A stretch of DNA of 64,000 bases from a virus. The stretch's first letter is position 1. Every line of letters starts with the position of its first letter. Shown piece after piece: positions 27,612-36,396 of this stretch. The notes under the pieces were generated by a model, which was given only the letters and a program-made list of their open reading frames with translations, did not search any database and had not been told where the DNA came from. The DNA lies in IMG/VR virus record IMGVR_UViG_3300043571_000425. One strand, written 5' to 3'. The translations under genes were made by a program, and so were the position numbers.

Positions 27612-28571
27612 GTGGCCCTGAACCCACCAAGACGTTTTTTATCAGTCCGCTCAATCTGCTCATTTTTCACCCGCACAGATCAAGAAATATATATGAATAA
27701 TAACGTAAAACTCCCAGAATTGCAAGGTACAACCGTACTCACCCGCCAACAAATTTTAGACACCCGTGAAATGGCGTTTGGCGTGGCGGACAAGATGAGC
27801 GATCGCCAACTTCTAACCCACATGGGGATATTAAACTCATTGATATGGCGGGCTGCTACTGACTATCAGGCTATACGCAAGGATAACGACGGCGTGGAAA
27901 GGATTATTCCTGAGAACTGGAATAATTTATTAGCCTGTTCGGTTCAGGGTGAGGTACAAATAACAATCCCTATTGACTGGACTGACAAGTATTTAAAAAC
28001 CTATTGGACGGGCGCGTTCCATGACCAGAAAACCGTGAGAACCTACCGGAAACAGCAGTTATCATGGGGACTATTTTATTTTGATATTGAGAACCGTCCC
28101 AAGGGCGCTATGTGGGGAGCATTCACAGGCACTCCCAACCAAGGAATAGCTACACCGCCCGTATTAGAACGGGTTGACGTTGCCAGAATATTAATTTTTT
28201 ATCAGATGTTTGATCAAATTAGGCGCTCCAAAATTAACGAAAAACTTAAAAATTCTGAGGATGTAACCGCGTTTGACTGTATGCCGGATCATGGCGGTAT
28301 GGTGATGGTTGAACTCTACAACGCCTTATTTTTTGGTGTCTCAGAGTTTTTTGGGGGTTCTTATGGGAGTTCCGATATAGTCATCGGGAGCATAGAACCC
28401 TTACCAGCGACTAAGGTGATTGTATGGCAGTGGCAGAAGCCGAAGGGACTATTTAGGGCATTATGGGAACGGATGGTGATTAAGGCTGGATTTGTTGCTA
28501 AACAGGCGTTAAAGATTGTCACTCAGATGGTAGTCGAGCCGATGGGAGAATTAGCAGAAGTTCCGTTTTAA
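27612..28571 (+). CDS. hypothetical protein, first gene of the Cas7/Cas5/CysH operon
   Basis: 319 aa from the GTG at 27612 (alternative ATG at 27693); no motif recognised. Confidence 0.5.
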   Translation: MALNPPRRFLSVRSICSFFTRTDQEIYMNNNVKLPELQGTTVLTRQQILDTREMAFGVADKMSDRQLLTHMGILNSLIWRAATDYQAIRKDNDGVERIIPENWNNLLACSVQGEVQITIPIDWTDKYLKTYWTGAFHDQKTVRTYRKQQLSWGLFYFDIENRPKGAMWGAFTGTPNQGIATPPVLERVDVARILIFYQMFDQIRRSKINEKLKNSEDVTAFDCMPDHGGMVMVELYNALFFGVSEFFGGSYGSSDIVIGSIEPLPATKVIVWQWQKPKGLFRALWERMVIKAGFVAKQALKIVTQMVVEPMGELAEVPF

Positions 28572-28617
28572 ATGTCCAATTTTCTCCGATAATAATGTTA
28601 GTTAATTTAAAATTAAG

Positions 28618-29136
28618 ATGAACAATAATAATTATGGAATGTCTCAAACACGAGACAAATGTTATGGCGTAGCCGCTTGTCTTACCTATTGGGCTTTCAA
28701 GTGCCGTGACAGAAAACGTAGTCCAGCGATGGGTACTAAAACCTGGACTTACTTGGAATCAAGTATTAGAAATTCGGCTGAAATATCAACTAATTTAGAA
28801 GATTATTTGCAGCGACTTTGTGATAAACTTTGTTCACAATTACGCCCAATCGAGTTAACAAAAATAATTCAGCCAACACAACGGATACTAAGAGTAAATG
28901 AAGATGCGACGGAAATCAAGGAACTTCCTGTAGATCAAAACTTAGTATTCATGGGATGGTTGGACTTATTGAATGACATAGCTCCTCACGGATTTAGTGA
29001 ATGGGATGTCTTGGAACTACTGAGAACCAAAGCAGGGATTATTCAAGTAATTTGTAGATTACGGTTTGAGGAAGACCGCAGTTTAGGGTTAGATGAACCA
29101 GAAGAGTTTATAGAAGTTGAGGTGACAAATGTTTGA
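28618..29136 (+). CDS. small helical protein, candidate Cas11-like small subunit
   Basis: 172 aa; stop overlaps the Cas7-like start by 8 nt; the call rests only on size and position. Confidence 0.3.
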   Translation: MNNNNYGMSQTRDKCYGVAACLTYWAFKCRDRKRSPAMGTKTWTYLESSIRNSAEISTNLEDYLQRLCDKLCSQLRPIELTKIIQPTQRILRVNEDATEIKELPVDQNLVFMGWLDLLNDIAPHGFSEWDVLELLRTKAGIIQVICRLRFEEDRSLGLDEPEEFIEVEVTNV

Positions 29137-30259
29137 TAATTACGATGTTTTTGACCGTGAAAGATTGACATTGCATTGTGTAATTACGACACAAACGCCA
29201 CTTTCACATATTGGGGAAGTGTCGGGAAATGTGAGCAATTTAAAAACATTAAAATTACTGGATTTTGAAGGTAATCCCAGAAGTGTTTTCACCTATTCTG
29301 GAAATGCCTTGAGAAATGGTTTGTTACGGCGTGTAGGTGTAGCTGCGGCGTTAACTGAATTAGGATTACAGGTAAATCCTGATACACACCATACAATGTT
29401 TGCAGGTGGCAGGATTGATGCCGGTACAGCTTCAGATATGGAACTTGATAAAAAGATCCGGGTTCTAATGCCTTGGTTGTCGGTCTTAGGAACTGCTAAA
29501 CCTGCTAAAGTGTTTGGTTCTAAAGATGCCCAAATGGTGCAAGGTAGGATTAATGTAGGTTCTGCTTACTTGGCTTGTTATGAGTCAGCAGAGTACATCT
29601 ACAATCAGATACCAGCAATATTACCACCGGAAATACAGCCAGCCATTCAGAAGCTAATTGAGGCTAAAAATAGACTATCTTCAGACCCATTCACCCCTAC
29701 AAAGGCTGAGGATTTAGATAATTGGAATCAAGTAAAAAGTGATTATTTACCTTTAATTAGAAAGGTAATGAAAACTTGGACTGAGTATTTAACGGTTGAT
29801 CAAACTACCCGCAGAGATGCAACTTTAGATCCTAATTTGATTAAATTTCTGCCAACAGAAGTACAGGCGCAACTCAAGGGAGATGGTGCAGCTAAAGAGA
29901 AAAAATCAGATCAAATGATTGCTTCCGATAGATTAATTATGCCAGGAGCAAAACTATATTCAAGATGGGACTTGAACTGCACCAAGGTTGAGCAGGGTTG
30001 GATTTTTGATACATTACTCAAGTTTGCACAATTTCCATACTTGGGCGGTAAAGGTAATCGTGGCAATGGTCGAGTTAGCATGAATTTCTGGTTTAGTTCT
30101 GAATCAGAGCGCGGATTGTTGTGGAGTTCTGAAAGTGGAGTTGAGAGCGATAAATTCAATCTAGCACACGCTAAATATAGGGAATATATCAATCAGTATC
30201 AACAGTTTTTAAGTGAAGCGAAAACATCAACTGAATTAAGGAGTCTGTTAGGTGGATAA
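29129..30259 (+). CDS. RAMP protein, Cas7 (Csf2)-like
   Basis: 376 aa; TPLSHIGEVSG...YSGNALRNGLLRR at the N-terminus and glycine-rich loop YLGGKGNRGNGRVS near the C-terminus. Confidence 0.6.
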   Translation: MFDNYDVFDRERLTLHCVITTQTPLSHIGEVSGNVSNLKTLKLLDFEGNPRSVFTYSGNALRNGLLRRVGVAAALTELGLQVNPDTHHTMFAGGRIDAGTASDMELDKKIRVLMPWLSVLGTAKPAKVFGSKDAQMVQGRINVGSAYLACYESAEYIYNQIPAILPPEIQPAIQKLIEAKNRLSSDPFTPTKAEDLDNWNQVKSDYLPLIRKVMKTWTEYLTVDQTTRRDATLDPNLIKFLPTEVQAQLKGDGAAKEKKSDQMIASDRLIMPGAKLYSRWDLNCTKVEQGWIFDTLLKFAQFPYLGGKGNRGNGRVSMNFWFSSESERGLLWSSESGVESDKFNLAHAKYREYINQYQQFLSEAKTSTELRSLLGG

Positions 30260-30941
30260 TCTAAGAATTACAGCCCATTTAGCGACATCTTTAGCAGCTT
30301 ATGACAATTGGAGTCCATCGTTAGAAGGGATTTTAGTTTATAAACTCTTGGAAGAAAATAATCTATTTTCACCTAATCCCACGCCTAGTCAAGTAGCAGA
30401 TGTCCAGACTTTTGTTGAGCAGAATTTACTACTAAAACAGGGGATAATTAAATCAGAGAAATATTGGTGTGTGAGTTCACCTTATTATGTTTTGCAAGGT
30501 GAAGCTACAGACAAATATAGAAAGCGGTGGGATAATCACGACAATAATTTAGATTGGGGTAAGCGCAAACCTAAATTTCTAACAGGTGAAGGTGCGGAAA
30601 AGTCCTATGATTTACCTCTTTACACAAGGTCAATTAATTCTATTTCTTGGTTTGCTGTAGGCGATAAGTCAAAAATTAAGGATTTATTGCAAACTGTTAC
30701 TCACATTCAGAAAAAACGTAGTTACGGAAATGGTGAAGTTAGGGAATGGGAAATAGGGATAATTTACAATGATTACCATCTGTGGCGTGACAGTAAATTA
30801 ATGCGCCCAATTCCTGTTAGATTACTTGATCAGAAAATAGATAATCCTCAGATGATCTGGGGGTGGAGAAGCCCCGCGTGGTTAGCTGCAAATAAGGAGT
30901 TATGCTATATGCCAAAGGATAATGTGATTTATGCTAAGTAA
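30252..30941 (+). CDS. RAMP protein, Cas5 (Csf3)-like
   Basis: 229 aa; RITAHLATSL..SPSLEGILVY at the N-terminus, KKRSYGNGEVREWEI G-loop; GTG start overlaps the previous stop. Confidence 0.5.
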   Translation: MDNLRITAHLATSLAAYDNWSPSLEGILVYKLLEENNLFSPNPTPSQVADVQTFVEQNLLLKQGIIKSEKYWCVSSPYYVLQGEATDKYRKRWDNHDNNLDWGKRKPKFLTGEGAEKSYDLPLYTRSINSISWFAVGDKSKIKDLLQTVTHIQKKRSYGNGEVREWEIGIIYNDYHLWRDSKLMRPIPVRLLDQKIDNPQMIWGWRSPAWLAANKELCYMPKDNVIYAK

Positions 30942-31677
30942 CGGATCTGGCGTTCAATATCCCTGGTTAAAAAAGAAAATAATCAGGGCAAAAGACTCAA
31001 TTAAAACCTGGTTAGAGCAATGCGATTATCAGGTTTACGCCAGCATTTCGGGCGGTAAAGATAGCTTGGTGATGTCGCATTTAATTAGGCAAATTTATCC
31101 TGATTGTCCTTTGGTATGGGTAAATCAGGGTTCGCTTGCCGAATGGGACGATTGCATTGAACTATTAGGGTTTTTGAAAACTCAAGGCTGGAATATTATT
31201 GAACTTTGTCCAGTTCGTGATCTGTGGCATTTATATCTTGATTATGGCGTTCCTCTTGAAGGAACAATGGACACAAAAGCCGATAAAATAATCAACCAAA
31301 AATTGATTTATGACCCTCTTAATGAGTACCAAGAACTGAATCAAATTAAGGGTTATGCGTGGGGAATACGTAAGCAAGAAAGCAGAAACCGCGCATTTTA
31401 TCTCAACAAATATGGTGAAGTGCATACGCTCAAAAACGGGTTGATTTGTTGCTCACCCGTGGCATTTTGGACTACTCAAAATATCTGGGAATATATTGAT
31501 ATGCACTCGTTAAAATACCCTGCTATTTATGATGTTGATAGAATGACAGTTAGGAATGGATGCCCAATCGGTACAACAGGTGCTAACTGGGGAAGATTAG
31601 CAGAGTTAAGAAAGCATTACCCAGATATTTATAATCAATTTGCTACTAAATTTCCACAGGTATCAACCTATGTCTAA
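30931..31677 (+). CDS. PAPS reductase family (CysH-like) PP-loop enzyme
   Basis: YASISGGKDSLVMSHL PP-loop; about 248 aa; family-typical layout. Confidence 0.85.
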   Translation: MLSNGSGVQYPWLKKKIIRAKDSIKTWLEQCDYQVYASISGGKDSLVMSHLIRQIYPDCPLVWVNQGSLAEWDDCIELLGFLKTQGWNIIELCPVRDLWHLYLDYGVPLEGTMDTKADKIINQKLIYDPLNEYQELNQIKGYAWGIRKQESRNRAFYLNKYGEVHTLKNGLICCSPVAFWTTQNIWEYIDMHSLKYPAIYDVDRMTVRNGCPIGTTGANWGRLAELRKHYPDIYNQFATKFPQVSTYV

Positions 31678-32422
31678 TTGCTACCTTTGCGCTAAACCAG
31701 GCAACAACCCATTGGAATTATCCAATACATTTACCATGCACTCATCAGCTAAATGCCCGGATTCTAAAGTGCTTTGTAATCGCTGTCACTCTACAATTTC
31801 CGGTAATCAAAAGCAGCTTTGGTACTGGAATGAAGGTAAAAATAAATGGTCAAAGCTGTGGGGACGTTCTTTGTCCAGGGTTTATCAGGGTGATAAGCTA
31901 ATTGCGCCTGTCGTTGAAGGTGAATATACAGAAGGCAAGGATACTTTTTCAATAGTTAAAAACTTGCTGACTAGGGTGGGAATTAGGCAATACTTGTTAA
32001 ATCCACCTGAACCGCCTTTTACTATAGCCATAGCAGAATCGGGGCAAAAACATATTATCCCTTGGGCGTTAGAAGGTCAAAACAGAGATTTATTCCCTGT
32101 GCAATTTGAACTCGACACTATTTATATTGACAATAGATTTAGAGAATATTTGGAAATTTACGAACAATTGATGGGGTTGGGCTTTAGTAAGTCTGAAATT
32201 GATTCTGGAGATTATCGAAGCGATCGCCTAATGAAAGTTTTTGATCAATATGGGGAACTTGAGGAACGGATAGCGCGTATTAGGGGAACGAGATTAATGC
32301 AATTAATTAGCTATGTTGCCCAAGTGCAAGACGCGCCGCCAATTACGGAAGTAGTGCAAATTCCCGTAATGCCTGTTTCACCAAAAACACTTGAGAAGCC
32401 ACTGCAATTATCTTTGTTTTAG
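31670..32422 (+). CDS. zinc-finger protein, Csf1 (Cas8-like)-like
   Basis: ATG at 31670 overlaps the cysH-like stop; MSNCYLCAKPG...AKCPDSKVLCNRCHS (CxxC...C..CxxC). Confidence 0.45.
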   Translation: MSNCYLCAKPGNNPLELSNTFTMHSSAKCPDSKVLCNRCHSTISGNQKQLWYWNEGKNKWSKLWGRSLSRVYQGDKLIAPVVEGEYTEGKDTFSIVKNLLTRVGIRQYLLNPPEPPFTIAIAESGQKHIIPWALEGQNRDLFPVQFELDTIYIDNRFREYLEIYEQLMGLGFSKSEIDSGDYRSDRLMKVFDQYGELEERIARIRGTRLMQLISYVAQVQDAPPITEVVQIPVMPVSPKTLEKPLQLSLF

Positions 32423-32440
32423 GCAAAAATAAAATCAAAA

Positions 32441-32884
32441 ATGTCCAAACTATTCATCCCCAATTTCATCATTTACGCCACGCTCCCAACCATAGAAGCG
32501 ACTTGTGGAGACTATGAAGTTGACCCGGAAACCGGAAACCCGATTGCAGTCAATACCACCCTGGAGATTAAGGCATGGATGCAAGGCTATGATCAGCTAC
32601 GGCAGGGGCGAACCACGGCTAAACCGGAACATCCAAGCGTAGATTTTAACACCGTTTATTTGTCAGGTTATGCCGTCACACCTAAAGCCATACCCGCCCG
32701 GACATTGTTGGCGCGTGAAAAATATAACGCCAAATACATAGAACCAATTACAGGAACGGAACAGCAGGGAACTTTCGTACTAGCACCTCAAGTAAACGAA
32801 CAACGCCCTAGAGTTGCTAAGGCGTTGGCAAAAAGATTGGGGATGGAACTGCAAGGAACTTTTGAATTTGGTTATGGAAGTTGA
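32441..32884 (+). CDS. hypothetical protein
   Basis: 147 aa, 18 nt after the previous stop. Confidence 0.45.
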   Translation: MSKLFIPNFIIYATLPTIEATCGDYEVDPETGNPIAVNTTLEIKAWMQGYDQLRQGRTTAKPEHPSVDFNTVYLSGYAVTPKAIPARTLLAREKYNAKYIEPITGTEQQGTFVLAPQVNEQRPRVAKALAKRLGMELQGTFEFGYGS

Positions 32885-33090
32885 GAATTAATAAACTGTT
32901 TTAACCTGTTATCCCAGTCTACCCAGCCACAATCAAATACTGGGTTATTGTCTTGATCGTGAATTACATTTGATTCGCCGTCAATTTCTCTATCAATACT
33001 ACCGTCAACCAATATTTTCTTACACTTGAATTTATCGCCTAATCCTTTACTTACCAATATTTCGTTGATACTGTCTCTAGTTAATGCCAT
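32872..33090 (-). CDS. hypothetical protein
   Basis: 72 aa; preceded by the shared leader AAGATTAAACAAC. Confidence 0.45.
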   Translation of the reverse strand: MALTRDSINEILVSKGLGDKFKCKKILVDGSIDREIDGESNVIHDQDNNPVFDCGWVDWDNRLKQFINSQLP

Positions 33091-33120
33091 GATATAATAC
33101 CTCTAGTTGTTTAATCTTAT

Positions 33121-33153
33121 CCCCTGTAATTTGCGTTACAGGGGTTTTGTTTT
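33121..33153 (+). terminator. hairpin + T-tract (terminator-like on +; intercistronic on the minus-strand operon)
   Basis: CCCCTGTAA tttgcg TTACAGGGG followed by TTTTGTTTT. Confidence 0.45.
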
Positions 33154-33586
33154 ATGCTGCGCTGTATTGATACATTCCGTCAATGACAGTTTCTCGCCCG
33201 TATTTAATCGCTATTCTCTTTTTGCCCTGATAACAAAATCCATTTTTATCTCCATCAACAATATTTTCAAACCACACAGTCTTATCTGTTCTTTTGGTGA
33301 TTTGAATTTTGAATGACTGGTTAGTGGTTGCGTAGACCTTGCCAACTTCAAATTTAACCACGCTATCAATGCTATCAATTTTGTTTTCAATATCAACCAC
33401 TTGAATTTTGATGAAACTTTCGCCGTTTAATCGTAGTTGCATCTCTTCTTTCATCATTTCTACTACAATCATTCCAAAGTCATCAGTAGTAAAACCTTCT
33501 TGTCCTGCTTCGTTAATTGATTCTGTTAATACTTCAGTTGTTAATGTGGCTACTTGCAATCTGGTGTAATCTAAATCGTAAGTCAT
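33152..33586 (-). CDS. hypothetical protein
   Basis: 144 aa; driven by the promoter at 33622-33650. Confidence 0.5.
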   Translation of the reverse strand: MTYDLDYTRLQVATLTTEVLTESINEAGQEGFTTDDFGMIVVEMMKEEMQLRLNGESFIKIQVVDIENKIDSIDSVVKFEVGKVYATTNQSFKIQITKRTDKTVWFENIVDGDKNGFCYQGKKRIAIKYGRETVIDGMYQYSAA

Positions 33587-33621
33587 TTGTCCGCTTCCTT
33601 GTTGTTGTTTAATCTTCTTTT

Positions 33622-33650
33622 ATAATAGTGGATAAGCTACATAATGTCAA
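33622..33650 (-). promoter_or_regulatory. consensus-like promoter (minus strand), copy 1
   Basis: Minus-strand reading: TTGACA, 17 nt spacer, TATTAT; lies in a roughly 76-bp repeat shared with 34505-34581. Confidence 0.6.
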
Positions 33651-33712
33651 CCCCTAAATTAAAATAATTTCAGACAAAATAAAACCCCGATAAACTCAGG
33701 GTTGCACAATCA

Positions 33713-33874
33713 TTATTCTTCCTGCTGTTTTTTCTCCGCTCGTTTCCGCCGCATATAATCCCGTTTCCGTATCCGTTGCAATTCCTTCTGCTCAGGCGAT
33801 AAATTAGCCTGTGCTTTACGGTTTCGTGCCTTTCCTTTCTCGGTTTGATTGTAGCGGCTAAACCTGTCTGTCAT
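33713..33874 (-). CDS. small basic protein
   Basis: The start MTDRFSRYNQ... at 33874 is preferred. The track start at 33922 would read through the conserved hairpin and leader. Confidence 0.45.
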   Translation of the reverse strand: MTDRFSRYNQTEKGKARNRKAQANLSPEQKELQRIRKRDYMRRKRAEKKQQEE

Positions 33875-33903
33875 GATATAATGCTCCTGTTGTTTAATCT
33901 TAT

Positions 33904-33937
33904 CCCCAGTAGTTTCGGTCACTGGGGATTTTATTTT
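33904..33937 (+). terminator. hairpin + T-tract, paralogous to 33121-33153
   Basis: CCCCAGT agtttcggtc ACTGGGG followed by ATTTTATTTT. Confidence 0.4.
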
Positions 33938-34493
33938 AAAAACTTATTAGTTTTTTCTCGAAGGGTTTTACATCTTGGCTCAACGCTTCAATTATTTTAC
34001 TAATTGATTTAATCATTTTTTCACTCATATTAGGCAAGATTTCGTTTGCTATGTCGCTTACACCAATTTTTTTATTTTCATAGTAAAAAGATTCTTGGAA
34101 ATGAGCTATTGTGTAACCTTTTTCGCTCCCAGCCACAAACTTCAATGATTCATATACACCATTGCTGCAACCGATTCGCCCTGTAGTAAACAAGAAATAT
34201 AATTTATCAAGATTAATGTTTTCTCTTTTCAGAAAAGACAATAAAATCTGCATTCTTTTACTAGGAGTAGACTGGTTTATCATCTTTGTCGTCTTGGCTT
34301 TTTTTGCCTTTACTAGCTCAGATTGTTTTTCTATTCTTGCAAATACAAGCGTAACTTTCCCACTTGAATGATTGATAATTTGATAGTTTAATCCTACAGG
34401 ACGATCTTTTGTTGCCACGAAATCAGATTGATTGCTGTAGTAGTAATCGTAGGCATCATCTTCTTTGTTAAAAGTTATAGCTGAATACTTCAT
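33936..34493 (-). CDS. hypothetical protein
   Basis: 185 aa; driven by the promoter at 34531-34559. Confidence 0.5.
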   Translation of the reverse strand: MKYSAITFNKEDDAYDYYYSNQSDFVATKDRPVGLNYQIINHSSGKVTLVFARIEKQSELVKAKKAKTTKMINQSTPSKRMQILLSFLKRENINLDKLYFLFTTGRIGCSNGVYESLKFVAGSEKGYTIAHFQESFYYENKKIGVSDIANEILPNMSEKMIKSISKIIEALSQDVKPFEKKLISF

Positions 34494-34530
34494 TTTGCCC
34501 GTTTCCTTGTTCGTTGTTTAATCTTCTTTT

Positions 34531-34559
34531 ATAATAGTGGATAAGCTACATAATGTCAA
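34531..34559 (-). promoter_or_regulatory. consensus-like promoter (minus strand), copy 2
   Basis: Same TTGACA-17-TATTAT sequence as 33622-33650. Confidence 0.6.
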
Positions 34560-34641
34560 CCCCTAAAGTTAAAATAATTTTCAAATCCCTAAAACCATTA
34601 CCAGTAGTGGGAAAAATCAGATCAACCTCACAAAACCCGCT

Positions 34642-35034
34642 ATGGTTCAAGTCAACTGGAATAAAATCAACATCCCTCGCAAGCAGACGGCGACACTCAC
34701 CTGGTCAGCAGATCACGCCGCGCTAGTCCATGAGGGTGCGACTTTGAAAAACGGAACAGAATTACCCGCGCGCCCTTGGGTAGATGAAACAGTGCAACAA
34801 TTCAACGCCCCCGAAAGTTATGCTGACAGTTTTCAAAAATCAGAAGATTTTGCACAAGCATTTACAGAAATGGCGGAGGGCTTTGGGGAGAAGGCACAGG
34901 AAATTATAGAAACTCAAATGTGGGAATGGACACGCGAAACCGTCAGGCAAAATGGAACGGTAGCCGGCTCACCCCGTGACATCGTAGATACTGGAGAATT
35001 ACGAGACTCCTATTCTATAGAGGTGCAGTCATGA
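34642..35034 (+). CDS. putative head-tail adaptor / tail completion protein
   Basis: 130 aa; resembles HK97 gp10-like proteins (..ELPARPWVD..); position upstream of the tail tube gene. Confidence 0.4.
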   Translation: MVQVNWNKINIPRKQTATLTWSADHAALVHEGATLKNGTELPARPWVDETVQQFNAPESYADSFQKSEDFAQAFTEMAEGFGEKAQEIIETQMWEWTRETVRQNGTVAGSPRDIVDTGELRDSYSIEVQS

Positions 35035-35408
35035 CTACAGTTGCAGAACTACGGACAAAACTAGCCGCGCTGTTAGCTCCCGACTTGGGCAAATACACCA
35101 ATGGCTGTCCATCTGTTTGGACTTACGGATCTAACGCAGATCCGCCGTCTGCCAGTAACGGACTGGAGTGCCTGATCAAGCAAGTGCCAATGGGATCCGC
35201 GCAGGGTTCTAGTGGCGGACAAAGGTATAAACCCCAGCAATGGGAAGTGGTGCTTAAAAACTTCAAGAGGTCGTCCAATCTAGCTAACGCACTACGCAAA
35301 ATTGAGATTAATTTTGTAGTTTATCGCTATTCCCACACACCAGCGACGGACACGACATTTGAGCAAGCAAGGATTATAATTTTCGCGCCAATTACTATCA
35401 ATATTTAG
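35031..35408 (+). CDS. putative tail terminator / neck protein
   Basis: 125 aa, overlapping start/stop; assigned by position only. Confidence 0.35.
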   Translation: MTTVAELRTKLAALLAPDLGKYTNGCPSVWTYGSNADPPSASNGLECLIKQVPMGSAQGSSGGQRYKPQQWEVVLKNFKRSSNLANALRKIEINFVVYRYSHTPATDTTFEQARIIIFAPITINI

Positions 35409-35446
35409 CGATGGGAAAGCTATAAAAAATTCTCACAGGAATTACT

Positions 35447-36157
35447 ATGACTAGACCCGTGCAAGATATTATTCTTCAGGATTACACCCTAGATATCCTG
35501 CTACTTAATCCCAATAGCAGAGCAGTGATTAAAGCCGTGATCACTTTTGATGCGCCGGCTGTTGTTGGCGCAACTAGCGTTAGCCTGACAGCCGCTACCA
35601 GTACGACAATCAAGGCAGGAACTTCCCTTAGCTTTGCAGCACCATCAGCACCTACCGACCGCCAACAAGTTCTATTTACCGCTGACGCAACCATTACAGC
35701 AACAGCCGCGTCTTTTGCCGTCGCACCTCTCAAGAAAGCAATCGCTGATTCTTCGGTTGGCGATTTTGTGGTTGGAACTGTGCCATTGTTTGGGATTCAG
35801 ACAATGGACAAAACTAACCAAGAAACCCAAGTTGACACCACTAATTTCCAAAGCGGTTCAGGTACAGAAATGGCCATTGTTCGGAATGCCCGGACGTTGA
35901 ATATTTCAGGAATCGTCAAAGCTGGTGATTTAGCTTACGTCAATATCATCAAACGTGTATCTGATAATTCTGCATTCTTGAATAGAGAGATTTACGCGAT
36001 CGCGACCTTACCGGACGGCGAAAAATTTGAGGGCGCGACTAAACTCATGGGATTGAACGAACCAGCGAACCAGAACGAAATCAAAAAATACACTTTTAAT
36101 CTAACTTTCCAAGGTGACTCATTCATTTGGACACCTGGTTATTACGCTGCTGCATAA
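35447..36157 (+). CDS. major tail (tube) protein
   Basis: 236 aa, Ala/Thr-rich, located before the chaperone-like genes. Confidence 0.55.
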   Translation: MTRPVQDIILQDYTLDILLLNPNSRAVIKAVITFDAPAVVGATSVSLTAATSTTIKAGTSLSFAAPSAPTDRQQVLFTADATITATAASFAVAPLKKAIADSSVGDFVVGTVPLFGIQTMDKTNQETQVDTTNFQSGSGTEMAIVRNARTLNISGIVKAGDLAYVNIIKRVSDNSAFLNREIYAIATLPDGEKFEGATKLMGLNEPANQNEIKKYTFNLTFQGDSFIWTPGYYAAA

Positions 36158-36396
36158 TGCAACTTTTGACTGACAAAACACAAGTATTGGCAGTTTTAAT
36201 AAACTGCCGACTTGATGGCAATTATATCAAGTGTGGCGCGGCTGTATTTAGGGGTGGGATGTCTGGAGAAATTGAAGTTTCAAATGAGTCCCAAAAGTTC
36301 AAAATCAAAATCCCTGAATCAGTTCAAAATTGCGCCACGCATCAAATCTTCACTGACAAAAACGATAACCTAGAAATTGAATTATGCGCCCAGTAA
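36157..36396 (+). CDS. hypothetical protein (tail module)
   Basis: ATG overlaps the tail tube stop (TAATG). Confidence 0.35.
   Translation: MQLLTDKTQVLAVLINCRLDGNYIKCGAAVFRGGMSGEIEVSNESQKFKIKIPESVQNCATHQIFTDKNDNLEIELCAQ

Noticed and set aside
33875-33922. Longer start for the small basic protein (track 33713-33922)
   Set aside because: It would translate through the conserved hairpin and leader that is non-coding in the paralogous cassette at 33091-33153.
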